Assembly: GCF_963921235.1 (NCBI RefSeq)
Contig: NC_086108.1
Location: forward strand, 117,182,001 to 117,246,000
Length of the DNA: 64,000 bases
From: Mobula hypostoma
Taxonomy: Eukaryota
Reading direction: 5' to 3'
Part shown: piece after piece, positions 25,831 through 40,920 of the stretch
How the letters are laid out: each line of letters begins with the position of its first letter
Numbering within the stretch: position 1 is the stretch's first letter
Notes under the pieces: model-generated
What the model was told of the DNA's origin: nothing
Database searches by the model: none
Seen by the model: the letters and a program-made list of their open reading frames with translations, nothing else
Made by a program: the position numbers and the translations under genes

Positions 25831-28800
25831 ACAGGTGGACACGGTGTCAGTGAACCACAGAGTGGACAGGTGGACACGGTGACAGTGAAGCACAGAGTGT
25901 ACAGGTGGACGGGTTGACAGTGAACCACAGAGTGGACAGGTGGACACGGTGACAGTGAACCACAGAGTAGACAGCTGGACACGGTGTCAGTGAAACACAG
26001 AGTGGACAGGTGGACACGGTGTCAGTGAACCACAGAGTGGACAGTTGGACAGGGTGTCAGTGAACCACAGAGTGGACAGGTGGACACGGTGTCAGTGAAC
26101 CGCAGAGTGGACAGGTGGACGGGGTGTCAGAGTACCACAGCGTGGACAGGTGGACACGGTGTCAGTGAACCACAGAGTGGACAGGTGAACGGGCTGTCAG
26201 TGAACCACAGAGTGGACAGTTGGACGGGGTGTCAGTGAACCACATAGTGGACAGGTGGACGGGGTGCCAGTGAACCACAGAGTGGACAGGTGGACACGGT
26301 GTCAGTGAACCACAGAGTGGACAGGTGGACACGGTGTCAGTGAACCACATAGTGGACAGGTGGACACGGTGTCAGTGAACCAAAGAGTGGACAGGTGGAC
26401 ACGGTGTTTGTTAACCACAGAGTGGACAGGTGGACACTGTGATAGTGAACCACAGAGTGGACAGGTGGACACCGTGTCAGTGAACCACAGAGTGGACAGG
26501 TGGACACGGTGATAGTGAACCACAGAGTGGACAGGTGGACACGGTGTCAGTGAACCACAGAGTGGACAGGTGGACACGGTGTCAGTGAACCACAGAGTGG
26601 ACAGGTGGACACGGTGACAGTGAAGCACAGAGTGGACAGGTTGACGGGTTGACAGTGAACCACAGAGTGGACAGGTGGACACGGTGACAGTGAACCACAG
26701 AGTAGACAGCTGGACACGGTGTCAGTGAAACACAGAGTGGACAGGTGGACACGGTGTCAGTGAACCACAGAGTGGACAGGTGGACGAGGTGTCAGTGAAC
26801 CACAGAGTGGACAGGTGGACAGGGTGTCAGTGAACCACAGAGTGGACAGGTGGACACGGTGTCAGTGAACCACAGAGTGGACAGATGGACGGGTTGTCAG
26901 AGTACCACAGCGTGGACAGGTGGACACGGTGTCAGTGAACCACAGAGTGGACAGGTGAACGGGGTGTCAGTGAACCACAGAGTGGACAGTTGGACGGGGT
27001 GTCAGTGAACCACAGAGTGGACAGGTGGACATGGTGTCAGTGAACCACAGAGTGGACAGTTGGACGGGGTGTCAGTGAACCACAGAGTGCACAGGTGGAC
27101 ACGGTGTCAGTGAACCACAGAGTGGACAGGTGGACACGGTGTCAGTGAACCACAGAGTAGACAGGTGGACGGGGTGTCAGTGAACCACAGAGTGGACAGG
27201 TGGACGGGCTGTCAGTGAACCAAAGAGTGGACAGGTGGACACGGTGTCAGTGAACCACAGAGTGGACAGGTGGACACGGTGTCAGTGAACCACATAGTGG
27301 ACAGGTGGACACGGTGTCAGTGAACCACATAGTGGACAGGTGGACACGGTGTCAGTGAACCACAGAGTGGACAGGTGGACGGGGTGTCAGTGAACCACAG
27401 AGTGGACAGGTGGACGGGGTGTCAGTGAACCACAGAGTGGACAGGTGGACACGGTGTCAGTGAACCACAGAGTGGACAGGTGGACACGGTGACAGTGAAG
27501 CACAGAGTGGACAGGTGGACGGGGTGTCAGTGAACCACAGAGTGGACAGGTGGACGGGTTGACAGTGAACCACAGAGTGGACAGGTAGACACGGTGTCAG
27601 TGAACCACATAGTGGACAGGTGGACACGGTGTCAGTGAACCACAGAGTGGACAGGTGGACGGGGTGTCAGTGAACCACAGAGTGGACAGGTGGACGGGGT
27701 GTCAGTGAACCACAGAGTGGACAGGTGGACACGATGACAGTGAACCACAGAGTGGACAGGTGGACGGGGTGTCAGTGAACCACAGAGTGGACAGGTGGAC
27801 GGGTTGACAGTGAACCACAGAGTGGACAGGTGGACACGATGACAGTGAAGCACAGAGTGGACAGGTGGACGGGGTGTCAGTGCACCAAAGAGTGGACAGG
27901 TGGACACGGTGTCAGTGAACCACAGAGTGGACAGGTGGACACGGTGACAGTGAAGCACAGAGTGGACAGGTGGACGGGTTGACAGTGAACCACAGAGTGG
28001 ACAGGTGGACACGGTGTCAGTGAACCACAGAGTGGACAGGTGGACATGGTGACAGTGAACCACAGAGTGGACAGGTGTACACGGTGTCAGTGAACCACAG
28101 AGTGGACAGGTGGACACGGTGACAGTGAAGCACACAGTGGACAGGTGGACGGGGTGTCACTGAACCACAGAGTGGACAGGTGGACGGGGTGACAGTGAAC
28201 CACAGAGTGGACAGGTAGACACGGTGTCCGTGAACCACAGAGTGCACAGCTGGACGGGCTGTCAGTGAACCACTGAGTGGACAGGTGGACGGGGTGTCAG
28301 TGAACCACTGAGTGGACAGGTGGACGGGGTGTCAGTGAACCACAGAGTGGACAGGTGGACGGGGAGTCAGTGAACAACGGAGCAGACAGGTGGACACGGT
28401 GTCAGTGAAGCACAGAGTGGACAGGTGGATGGTGTGTCAGTGAACAACAGAGTGGACAGGTGGACACGGTATCAGTGAACCACAGAGTGGACAGGTGGAC
28501 ACGGTGTCAGTGAACCACAGCGTGGACAGGTGGACGGGGTGTCAGTGAACCACAAAGTGGACAGGTGGATGGGGTGTCTGTGAACCAGAGAGTGGACAGG
28601 TGGACACGGTGTCAGTGAACCACATAGTGGACAGGTGGACACGGTGTCAGTGAACCACAGAGTGGACAGGTGGACGGGTTGTCAGTGAACCACAGAGTGG
28701 ACAGGTGGACACGGTGTCAGTGCACCACAGTGTGGACATGTGAACACAGTGTCTGTTAACCACAGAGTGGACAGGTGGACACGGTGACAGTGAACCACAG

Positions 28801-29059
28801 AGTGGACAGGTGGACACGGTGACAGTGAACCACAGAGTGGACAGGTGGACACGGTGACAGTGAACCACAAAGTGGACAGGTGGACACGGTGTCAGTGAAA
28901 CACAGAGTGGACAGGTGGACACGGTGTCAGTGAACCACAGATTGGACAGGTGGACACAGTGTCAGTGACCCACAGAGTGGACAGGTGGACAGGGTGTCAG
29001 TGAACCACAGAGTGGACAGGTGGACACGGTGTCAGTGAACCACAGAGTGGACAGGTGGA

Positions 29060-32000
29060 CGGGGTGTCAGAGTACCACAGCGTGGACAGGTGGACGTGGT
29101 GTCAGTGAACCACAGAGCAGACAGGTGGACGGGGTGTCAGTGAAACACAGAGTGGACAGGTGGACACGTTGTCAGTGAACCACAGAGTGGACAGGTGGAC
29201 ACGGTGTCAGTGAACCACAGAGTGGACAGGTGGACGGGGTGTCAGTGAACCACAGAGTGGACAGGTGGATGGGGTGTCAGTGAACCACAGAGTGGACAGG
29301 TGGACACGGTGTTAGTGAACCACAGAGTGGACAGGTGGACGGGTTGTCAGTGAACCACAGACTGGACAGGTGGACACGGTGTCAGTGCACCACAGAGTGG
29401 ACAGGTGGACACGGTGACAGTGAACCACAAAGTGGACAGGTGGACGGGGAGTCAGTGAACCACGGAGCAGACAGGTGGACACGGTGTCAGTGAACCACAG
29501 AGTGGACAGGTGGACACGGTATCAGTGAACCACAGAATGGACAGGTGGAAACGGTGTGTCAGTGAACCACAGAGTGGATGTTGGACACGGTGTCAGTGAA
29601 CCACAGCGTGGACAGGTGGACGGGTTGTCAGTGAACCACATAGTGGACAGGTGGATGGGGTGTCTGTGAACAAGAGAGTGGACAGGTGGACACGGTGTCA
29701 GTGAACCACATAGTGGACAGGTGGACACAGTGTCAGTGAACCACAGAGTGGACAGGTGGACGGGTTGTCAGTGAACCACAGAGTGGACAGGTGGACACGG
29801 TGTCAGTGCACCACAGAGTGGACAGGTGGACACGGTGTTTGTTAACCACAGAGTGGACAGGTGGACACGGTGACAGTGAACCACAGAGTGGACAGGTGGA
29901 CACGGTGACAGTGAACCACAAAGTGGACAGGTGGACACGGTGTCAGTGAAACACAGAGTGGACAGGTGGACACGGTGTCAGTGAACCACAGAGTGGACAG
30001 GTGGACAGGGTGTCAGTGAACCACAGAGTGGACAGGTGGACACGGTGTCAGTGAACCACAGAGTGGACAGGTGGACGGGGTGTCAGCGTACCACAGCGTG
30101 GACAGGTGGACGGGGTGTCAGTGAACCACAGAGTGGACAGGTGGACGGGGTGTCAGTGAACCACAGAGTCGACAGGTGGACGGGGTGTCAGTGAACCACA
30201 GAGTGGACAGGTGGACGGGGTGTCAGTGAACCACAGAGTCGACAGGTGGACGGGGTGTCAGCGTACCACAGCGTGGACAGGTGGACGGGGTGTCAGTGAA
30301 CCACAGAGTGGACAGGTGGACACGGTGTCAGTGAACCACAAAGTGGACAGTTGGACGGGGTGTCAGTGAACCACAGAGTGGACAGGTGGACACGGTGACA
30401 GTGAACCACAGAGCGGACAGGTGGACACGGTGACAGTGAACCACAGAGTGGACAGGTGGACACGGTGACAGTGAACCATAAAGTGGACAGGTGGACACAG
30501 TGTCAGTGAAACACAGAGTGGACAGGTGGACACGGTGTCAGTGAACCACAGAGTGGACAGGTGGACAGGGTGTCAGTGAACCACAGAGTGGACAGGTGGA
30601 CACGGTGTCAGTGAACCACAGAGTGGACAGGTGGACGGGGTGTCAGCGTACCACAGCGTGGACAGGTGGACGGGGTGTCAGTGAACCACAGAGTGGACAG
30701 GTGGACAGGGTGTCAGTGAACCACAGAGTGGACAGGTGGACGGGGTGTCAGTGAACCACAGAGTCGACAGGTGGACGGGGTGTCAGCGTACCACAGCGTG
30801 GACAGGTGGACGGGGTGTCAGTGAACCACAGAGTGGACAGGTGGACACGGTGTCAGTGAACCACAGAGTGCACAGGTGGACGGGGTGTCAGTGAACCACA
30901 GAGTGCACAGGTGGACACGGTGACAGTGAACCCCAGAGCGGACAGGTGGACGGGGTGTCAGAGTACCACAGCGTGGACAGGTGGACGTGGTGTCAGTGAA
31001 CCACAGAGCAGACAGGTGGACGGGGTGTCAGTGAAACACAGAGTGGACAGGTGGACACGTTGTCAGTGAACCACAGAGTGGACAGGTGGACACGGTGTCA
31101 GTGAACCACAGAGTGGACAGGTGGACGGGGTGTCAGTGAACCACAGAGTGGACAGGTGGATGGGGTGTCAGTGAACCACAGAGTGGACAGGTGGACACGG
31201 TGTTAGTGAACCACAGAGTGGACAGGTGGACGGGTTGTCAGTGAACCACAGACTGGACAGGTGGACACGGTGTCAGTGCACCACAGAGTGGACAGGTGGA
31301 CACGGTGACAGTGAACCACAAAGTGGACAGGTGGACGGGGAGTCAGTGAACAACGGAGCAGACAGGTGGACACGGTGTCAGTGAACCACAGAGTGGACAG
31401 GTGGACACGGTATCAGTGAACCACAGAATGGACAGGTGGAAACGGTGTCAGTGAACCACAGAGTGGATGTTGGACACGGTGTCAGTGAACCACAGCGTGG
31501 ACAGGTGGACGGGTTGTCAGTGAACCACATAGTGGACAGGTGGATGGGGTGTCTGTGAACAAGAGAGTGGACAGGTGGACACGGTGTCAGTGAACCACAT
31601 AGTGGACAGGTGGACACAGTGTCAGTGAACCACAGAGTGGACAGGTGGACGGGTTGTCAGTGAACCACAGAGTGGACAGGTGGACACGGTGTCAGTGCAC
31701 CACAGAGTGGACAGGTGGACACGGTGTTTGTTAACCACAGAGTGGACAGGTGGACACGGTGACAGTGAACCACAGAGTGGACAGGTGGACACGGTGACAG
31801 TGAACCACAAAGTGGACAGGTGGACACGGTGTCAGTGAAACACAGAGTGGACAGGTGGACACGGTGTCAGTGAACCACAGAGTGGACAGGTGGACAGGGT
31901 GTCAGTGAACCACAGAGTGGACAGGTGGACACGGTGTCAGTGAACCACAGAGTGGACAGGTGGACGGGGTGTCAGCGTACCACAGCGTGGACAGGTGGAC

Positions 32001-32840
32001 GGGGTGTCAGTGAACCACAGAGTGGACAGGTGGACGGGGTGTCAGTGAACCACAGAGTCGACAGGTGGACGGGGTGTCAGTGAACCACAGAGTGGACAGG
32101 TGGACGGGGTGTCAGTGAACCACAGAGTCGACAGGTGGACGGGGTGTCAGCGTACCACAGCGTGGACAGGTGGACGGGGTGTCAGTGAACCACAGAGTGG
32201 ACAGGTGGACACGGTGTCAGTGAACCACAAAGTGGACAGTTGGACGGGGTGTCAGTGAACCACAGAGTGGACAGGTGGACACGGTGACAGTGAACCACAG
32301 AGCGGACAGGTGGACACGGTGACAGTGAACCACAGAGTGGACAGGTGGACACGGTGACAGTGAACCATAAAGTGGACAGGTGGACACAGTGTCAGTGAAA
32401 CACAGAGTGGACAGGTGGACACGGTGTCAGTGAACCACAGAGTGGACAGGTGGACAGGGTGTCAGTGAACCACAGAGTGGACAGGTGGACACGGTGTCAG
32501 TGAACCACAGAGTGGACAGGTGGACGGGGTGTCAGCGTACCACAGCGTGGACAGGTGGACGGGGTGTCAGTGAACCACAGAGTGGACAGGTGGACAGGGT
32601 GTCAGTGAACCACAGAGTGGACAGGTGGACGGGGTGTCAGTGAACCACAGAGTCGACAGGTGGACGGGGTGTCAGCGTACCACAGCGTGGACAGGTGGAC
32701 GGGGTGTCAGTGAACCACAGAGTGGACAGGTGGACACGGTGTCAGTGAACCACAGAGTGCACAGGTGGACGGGGTGTCAGTGAACCACAGAGTGCACAGG
32801 TGGACACGGTGACAGTGAACCCCAGAGCGGACAGGTGGAC
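29060..32840 (+). repeat. Near-perfect higher-order tandem duplication, period 1889-1891 bp (54 monomers)
   Basis: AGTACCACAGCGTGG...GACGTGGT is at 29071/30962 and GATGTTGG at 29577/31466. ORFs 29733-29921 and 31622-31810 are identical. The series of CAGCGTACC and GTCGAC variants is the same in both copies. Confidence 0.9.
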
Positions 32841-35800
32841 ACGGTGACAGTGAACCACAGAGCGGACAGGTGGACACGGTGTCAGTGAACCACATAGTGG
32901 ACAGGTGGACACGGTGTCAGTGAACCACAGAGTGGACAGTTCAACGGGGTGTCAGTGAACCACAGAGTGGACAGGTGGATACGGTGACAGTGAAGCACAG
33001 AGTGGACAGGTGGACGGGGTGTCAGTGAACCACAGAGTGGACAGGTGGACACGGTGTCAGTGCACCACAAAGTGGACAGGTGGACACGGTGTCAGTGAAC
33101 CACAGAGTGGACAGGTGGATGGTGTGTCAGTGAACTACAGAGTGGACAGGTGGAAACGGTGTCAGTGAACCACAGAGTGGACAGGTGGACGGGGTGTCAG
33201 TGAACCACAAAGTGGACAGGTGGATGGGGTGTCTGTGAACCAGAGAGTGGACAGGTGGACACGGTGACAGTGAACCACAGAGTGGACAGGTGGACACCGT
33301 GTCAGTGTACCACATAGTGGACAGGTGGACACGGTGTCAGTGAACCACAGAGTGGACAGGTGGACGGGTTTTCAGTGAACCACAGAGTGGACAGGTGGAT
33401 GGTGTGTCAGTGAATCACAGATTGGACAGGTGGATGGTGTGTCAGTGAATCACAGATTGGACAGGTGGACACGGTGTCAGTGAACCACATAGTGGACAGG
33501 TGGACACGGAGTCAGTGAACCCAGAGTCGACAGGTGGACGGGGTGTCAGTGAAACACAGAGTGGACAGGTGGATACGGTGTCAGTGAACCACAGAGTGGA
33601 CAGGTGGACACGGTGTCAGTGAACCACAGAGTGGACAGGTGGACGGGGTGTCAGTGAACCACAGAGTGGACAGGTGGACGGGGTGTCAGTGAACCACAGA
33701 GTGGACAGGTGGACGGGGTGTCAGTGAACCACAGAGTGGACAGGTGGACACGTTGATAGTGAACCACAGAGTGGACAGGTGGACACCGTGTCAGTGAAAC
33801 ACAGAGTGGACAGGTGGACACGGTGTCAGTGAACCACCGAGTGGACAGGTGGACACGGTGTCAGTGAACCACAGAGTGGACAGGTGGACACGGTGACAGT
33901 GAACCACAGAGTGGACAGGTGGACGGGGTGTCAGTGAACCACAGAGTGGACAGGTGGACGGGAAGTCAGTGAACAACAGAGCAGACAGGTGGACACGGTG
34001 TCAGTGAACCACAGAGTGGACAGGTGGACACGGTGTCAGTGAACCACAGAGTGGACAGGTGGACACGGAGTCAGTGAACCACAGAGTCGACAGGTGGACG
34101 GGGTGTCAGTGAAACACAGATTGGACAGGTGGACACGGTGTCAGTGAACCACAGAGTGGACAGGTGGACACGGAGTCAGTGAACCACAGAGTCGACAGGT
34201 GGACGGGGTGTCAGTGAAACACAGAGTGGACAGGTGGATACGGTGTCAGTGAACCACAGAGTGGACAGGTGGACACGGTGTCAGTGAACCACAGAGTGGA
34301 CAGGTGGACGGGGTGACAGTGTACCACAGAGTGGACAGGTGGACACGGTGTCAGTGAACCACAGAGTGGACAGGTGGACGGGGTGTCAGTGAACCACAGA
34401 GTGGACAGGTAGACGGGGTGTCAGTGAACCACAGAGTGGACAGGTGGACACGGTGTCAGTGAACCACAGAGTGGACAGGTGGACACGGTGTCAGTGAACC
34501 ACAGAGTGGACAGGTGGACAGGGTGTCAGTGAACCACAGAGTGCACAGGTGGACGGGGTGTCAGTGAACCAAAGAGTGGACAGGTGGACGGGGTGTCAGT
34601 GAACCAAAGAGTAGACAGGTGGACACGGTGTCAGTGAACCACAGAGTGGACAGGTGGACACGGTGTCAGTGAACCACATAGCGGACACGTGGACGGGGTG
34701 TCAGTGAGCCACAGAGTGGACAGGTGGACGGGGTGTCAGTGAACCACAGAGTGGACAGGTGGACACGGTGTCAGTGAACCACAGAGTGGACAGGTGGACA
34801 CGGTGTCAGTGAACCACAGAGTGGACAGGTGGACACGGTGACAGTGAAGCAGAGAGTGGACAGGTGGACGGGTTGACAGTGAACCACAGAGTGGACAGGT
34901 GGACACGGTATCAGTGAACCACAGAGTGGACAGGTGGACACGGTGTCAGTGAACCACAAAGTGGACAGGTGGACGGGGTGTTTGTTAACCACAGAGTGGA
35001 CAGGTGGACACGGTGATAGTGAACCACAGAGTGGACAGGTGGACACCGTGTCAGTGAACCACAGAGTGGACAGGTGGACACGGTGATAGTGAACCACAGA
35101 GTGGACAGGTGGACACCGTGTCAGTGAACCACAGAGTGGACAGGTGGACTCGGTGTCAGTGAACCACAGAGTGGACAGGTGGACACGGTGACAGTGAAGC
35201 ACAGAGTGGACAGGTGGACGGGTTGACAGTGAACCACAGAGTGGACAGGTGGACGGGGTGTCAGTGAACCACAGAGTGGACAGGTGGACACGGTGTCAGT
35301 GAACCACAGAGTGGACCGGTGGACAGGGTGTCAGTGAACCACAGAGTGGACAGGTGGACACGGTGTCAGTGAACCACAGAGTGGACAGGTGGACGGGTTG
35401 TCAGAGTACCACAGCGTGGACAGGTGGACACGGTGTCAGTGAACCACATAGTGGACAGGTGGACGGGGTGCCAGTGAACCACAGAGTGCACAGGTGGACA
35501 CGGTGACAGTGATCCACAGAGTGGACAGGTGGACACGGTGTCAGTGAACCACATAGTGGACAGGTGGACACGGTGTCAGTGAACCACAGAGTGGACAGGT
35601 GGACACGGTGACAGTGATCCACAGAGTGGACAGGTGGACACGGTGTCAGTGAACCACAGAGTGGACAGGTGGACACGGTGTTAATGAACCACATAGTGGA
35701 CAGGTGGACACGATGTCAGTGAACCACAGAGTGGACAGGTGGACACGGTGACAGTGATCCACAGAGTGGACAGGTGGACACGGTGTCAGTGAACCACAGA

Positions 35801-36399
35801 GTGGACAGGTGGACACGGTGTCAGTAAACCACAGAGTAGACAGGTGGACGGGGTGTCAGTGAACCACAGAGTGGACAGGTGGACGGGGTGTCAGTGAACC
35901 AAAGAGTGGACAGGTGGACACGGTGTCAGTGAACCACAGAGTGGACAGGTGGACACGGTGTCAGTGAACCACATAGTGGACAGGTGGACACGGTGCAGTG
36001 AACCACATAGTGGACAGGTGGACACGGTGTCAGTGAACCACAGAGTGGACAGGTGGACACGGTGACAGTGAAGCACACAGTGGACAGGTGGACGGGGTGT
36101 CACTGAACCACAGAGTGGACAGGTGGACGGGGTGACAGTGAACCACAGAGTGGACAGGTAGACAAGGTGTCCGTGAACCACAGAGTGCACAGGTGGACGG
36201 GCTGTCAGTGAACCACTGAGTGGACAGGTGGACGGGGTGTCAGTGAACCACTGAGTGGACAGGTGGACGGGGTGTCAGTGAACCACAGAGTGGACAGTTG
36301 GACGGGGTGTCAGTGAACCACAGAGTGGACAGGTGGACACGGTGTCAGTGAATCACAGAGTGGACAGGTGGACACGGTGTCAGTGAACCACAGAGTGGA

Positions 36400-39300
36400 C
36401 AGGTGGACACGGTGTCAGTGAACCACATAGTGGACAGGTGGACACGGTGTCAGTGAACCACATAGTGGACAGGTGGACACGGTGTCAGTGAACCACAGAG
36501 TGGACAGGTGGACGGGGTGTCAGTGAACCACAGAGTGGACAGGTGGACGGGGTGTCAGTGAACCACAGAGTGGACAGGTGGACACGGGGTCAGTGAACCA
36601 CAGAGTGGACAGGTGGACACGGTGACAGTGAAGCACACAGTGGACAGGTGGACGGGGTGTCACTGAACCACAGAGTGGACAGGTGGACGGGGTGACAGTG
36701 AACCACAGAGTGGACAGGTAGACACGGTGTCCGTGAACCACAGAGTGCACAGGTGGACGGGCTGTCAGTGAACCACTGAGTGGACAGGTGGACGGGGTGT
36801 CAGTGAACCACTGAGTGGACAGGTGGACGGGGTGTCAGTGAACCACAGAGTGGACAGTTGGACGGGGTGTCAGTGAACCACAGAGTGGACAGGTGGACGG
36901 GGAGTCAGTGAACAACGGAGCAGACAGGTGGACACGGTGTCAGTGAAGCACAGAGTGGACAGGTGGATGGTGTGTCAGTGAACAACAGAGTGGACAGGTG
37001 GACACGGTATCAGTGAACCACAGAGTGGACAGGTGGACACGGTGTCAGTGAACCACAAAGTGGACAGGTGGACGGGGTGTCAGTGAACCACAGAGTGGAC
37101 AGGTGGACACGGTGTCAGTGAACCACATAGTGGACAGGTGGACACGGTGTCAGTGAACCACAGAGTGGACAGGTGGACGGGTTGTCAGTGAACCACAGAG
37201 TGGACAGGTGGACACGGTGTCAGTGCACCACAGTGTGGACATGTGAACACAGTGTTTGTTAACCACAGAGTGGACAGGTGGACACGGTGACAGTGAACCA
37301 CAGAGTGGACAGGTGGACACGGTGACAGTGAACCACAAAGTGGACAGGTGGACACGGTGTCAGTGAAACACAGAGTGGACAGGTGGACACGGTGTCAGTG
37401 AACCACAGATTGGACAGGTGGACACAGTGTCAGTGAGCCACAGAGTGGACAGGTGGACAGGGTGTCAGTGAACCACAGAGTGGACAGGTGGACACGGTGT
37501 CAGTGAACCACATAGTGGACAGGTGGACGGGGTGTCAGAGTACCACAGCGTGGACAGGTGGACGTGGTGTCAGTGAACCACAGAGCAGACAAGTGGACGG
37601 GGTGTCAGTGAAACACAGAGTGGACAGGTGGACACGTTGTCAGTGAACCACAGAGTGGACAGGTGGACACGGTGTCAGTGAACCACAGAGTGGACAGGTG
37701 GACGGGGTGTCAGTGAACCACAGAGTGGACAGGTGGACGGGGTGTCAGTGAACCACAGAGTGGACAGGTGGACACGGTGTCAGTGAACCACAGAGTGGAC
37801 AGGTGGACACGGTGTCTGTTAACCACAGAGTGGACAGGTGGAGTTGGTGTCAGTGAACCACAGAGTGGACAGGTGGACGGGGTGTCTGTGAACCACAGAG
37901 TGGACAGGTGGGCACGGTGTTAGTGAACCACAGAGTGGACAGGTGGACGGGTTGTCAGTGAACCACAGAGTGGACAGGTGGACACGGTGTCAGTGCACCA
38001 CAGAGTGGACAGGTGGACACGGTGACAGTGAACCACAGAGTGGACAGGTGGACGGGGAGTCAGTGAACAACGGAGCAGACAGGTGGACACGGTGTCAGTG
38101 AACCACAGAGTGGACAGGTGGACACGGTATCAGTGAACCACAGAGTGGACAGGAGGAAACGGTGTCAGTGAACCACAGAGTGGATGTTGGACACGGTGTC
38201 AGTGAACCACAGCGTGGACAGGTGGACGGGGTGTCTGTGAACCAGAGAGTGGACAGGTGGACACGGTGTCAGTGCACCACAGAGTGGACAGGTGGACACG
38301 GTGTTTGTTAACCACAGAGTGGACAGGTGGACACGGTGACAGTGAACCACAGAGTGGACAGGTGGACACGGTGACAGTGAACCACAAAGTGGACAGGTGG
38401 ACACGGTGTCAGTGAAACACAGAGTGGACAGGTGGACACGGTGTCAGTGAACCACAGAGTGGACAGGTGGACAGGGTGTCAGTGAACCACAGAGTGGACA
38501 GGTGGACACGGTGTCAGTGAACCACAGAGTGGACAGGTGGACGGGGTGTCAGTGAACCACAGAGTGGACAGGTGGACGGGGTGTCAGTGAACCACAGAGT
38601 GCACAGGTGGACACGGTGACAGTGAACCACAGAGCGGACAGGTGGACACGGTGACAGTGAACCACAGAGCGGACAGGTGGACACGGTGTCAGTGAACCAC
38701 ATAGTGGACAGGTGGACACGGTGTCAGTGAACCACAGAGTGGACAGGTGGACACGGTGTCAGTGAACCACAGAGTGGACAGGTGGACGGGGTGTCAGTGA
38801 ACCACAGAGTGGACAGGTGGACACGGTGTCAGTGAACCACAGAGTGGACAGGTGGACACGGTGACAGTGAAGCACACAGTGGACAGGTGGACGGGGTGTC
38901 ACTGAACCACAGACTGGACAGGTGGACGGGGTGACAGTGAACCACAGAGTGGACAGGTAGACACGGTGTCCGTGAACCACAGAGTGCACAGGTGGACGGG
39001 CTGTCAGTGAACCACTGAGTGGACAGGTGGACGGAGTGTCAGTGAACCACAGAGTGGACAGGTGGACGGGGAGTCAGTGAACAACGGAGCAGACAGGTGG
39101 ACACGGTGTCAGTGAAGCACAGAGTGGACAGGTGGATGGTGTGTCAGTGAACAACAGAGTGGACAGGTGGACACGGTATCAGTGAACCACAGAGTGGACA
39201 GGTGGACACGGTGTCAGTGAACCACAGCGTAGAGAGGTGGACGGGGTGTCAGTGAACCACAAAGTGGACAGGTGGATGGGGTGTCTGTGAACCAGAGAGT

Positions 39301-40920
39301 GGACAGGTGGACACGGTGTCAGTGAACCACATAGTGGACAGGTGGACACGGTGTCAGTGAACCACAGAGTGGACTGGTGGACGGGTTGTCAGTGAACCAC
39401 AGAGTGGACAGGTGGACACGGTGTCAATGCACCACAGTGTGGACATGTGAACACAGTGTTTGTTAACCACAGAGTGGACAGGTGGACACGGTGACAGTGA
39501 ACCACAGAGTGGACAGGTGGACACGGTGACAGTGAACCACAAAGTGGACAGGTGGACACGGTGTCAGTGAAACACAGAGTGGACAGGTGGACACGGTGTC
39601 AGTGAACCACAGATTGGACAGGTGGACACAGTGTCAGTGACCCACAGAGTGGACAGGTGGACAGGGTGTCAGTGAACCACAGAGTGGACAGGTGGACACG
39701 GTGTCAGTGAACCACAGAGTGGACAGGTGGACGGGGTGTCAGAGTACCACAGCGTGGACAGGTGGACGTGGTGTCAGTGAACCACAGAGCAGACAGGTGG
39801 ACGGGGTGTCAGTGAAACACAGAGTGGACAGGTGGACACGTTGTCAGTGAACCACAGAGTGGACAGGTGGACACGGTGTCAGTGAACCACAGAGTGGACA
39901 GGTGGACGGGGTGTCAGTGAACCACAGAGTGGACAGGTGGATGGGGTGTCAGTGAACCACAGAGTGGACAGGTGGACGGGGTGTCAGTGAAGCACAGAGT
40001 GGACAGGTGGACACGGTGTCAGTGAACCACAGAGTGGACAGGTGGAGTAGGTGTCAGTGAACCACAGAGTGGACAGGTGGACGGGGTGTCTGTGAACCAC
40101 AGAGTGGACAGGTGGACACGGTGTTAGTGAACCACAGAGTGGACAGGTGGACGGGTTGTCAGTGAACCACAGAGTGGACAGGTGGACGGGTTGTCAGTGA
40201 ACCACAGAGTGGACAGGTGGACACGGTGTCAGTGCACCACAGAGTGGACAGGTGGACACGGTGACAGTGAACCACAGAGTGGACAGGTGGACGGGGAGTC
40301 AGTGAACAACGGAGCAGACAGGTGGAGACGGTGTCAGTGAACCACAGAGTGGACAGGTGGACACGGTATCAGTGAACCACAGAGTGGACAGGTGGACACG
40401 GTGTCAGTGAACCACAGCGTGGACAGGTGGACGGGGTGTCAGTGAACCACAAAGTGGACAGGTGGATGGGGTGTCTGTGTACCAGAGAGTGGACAGGTGG
40501 ACACGGTGTCAGTGCACCACAGAGTGGACAGGTGGACACGGTGTTTGTTAACCACAGAGTGGACAGGTGGACACGGTGACAGTGAACCACAGAGTGGACA
40601 GGTGGACACAGTGACAGTGAACCACAAAGTGGACAGGTGGACACGGTGTCAGTGAAACACAGAGTGGACAGGTGGACACGGAGTCAGTGAACCACAGAGT
40701 GGACAGGTGGACAGGGTGTCAGTGAACCACAGAGTGGACAGGTGGACGGGGTGTCAGTGAACCACAGAGTGGACAGGTGGACGGGGTGTCAGTGAACCAC
40801 AGAGTGCACAGGTGGATACGGTGACAGTGAACCACAGAGCGGACAGGTGGACACGGTGACAGTGAACCACAGAGCGGACAGGTGGACACGGTGTCAGTGA
40901 ACCACATAGTGGACAGGTGG
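36400..40920 (+). repeat. Higher-order tandem duplication, period ~2.2 kb (63-64 monomers)
   Basis: ORF pairs 36520/38759 (2239 bp), 37150/39354 (2204), 38199/40439 (2240) and 38514/40719 (2205). CAGTGTGGACATGTGAACACAGTGTTTG is at ~37231 and ~39435. Confidence 0.85.
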
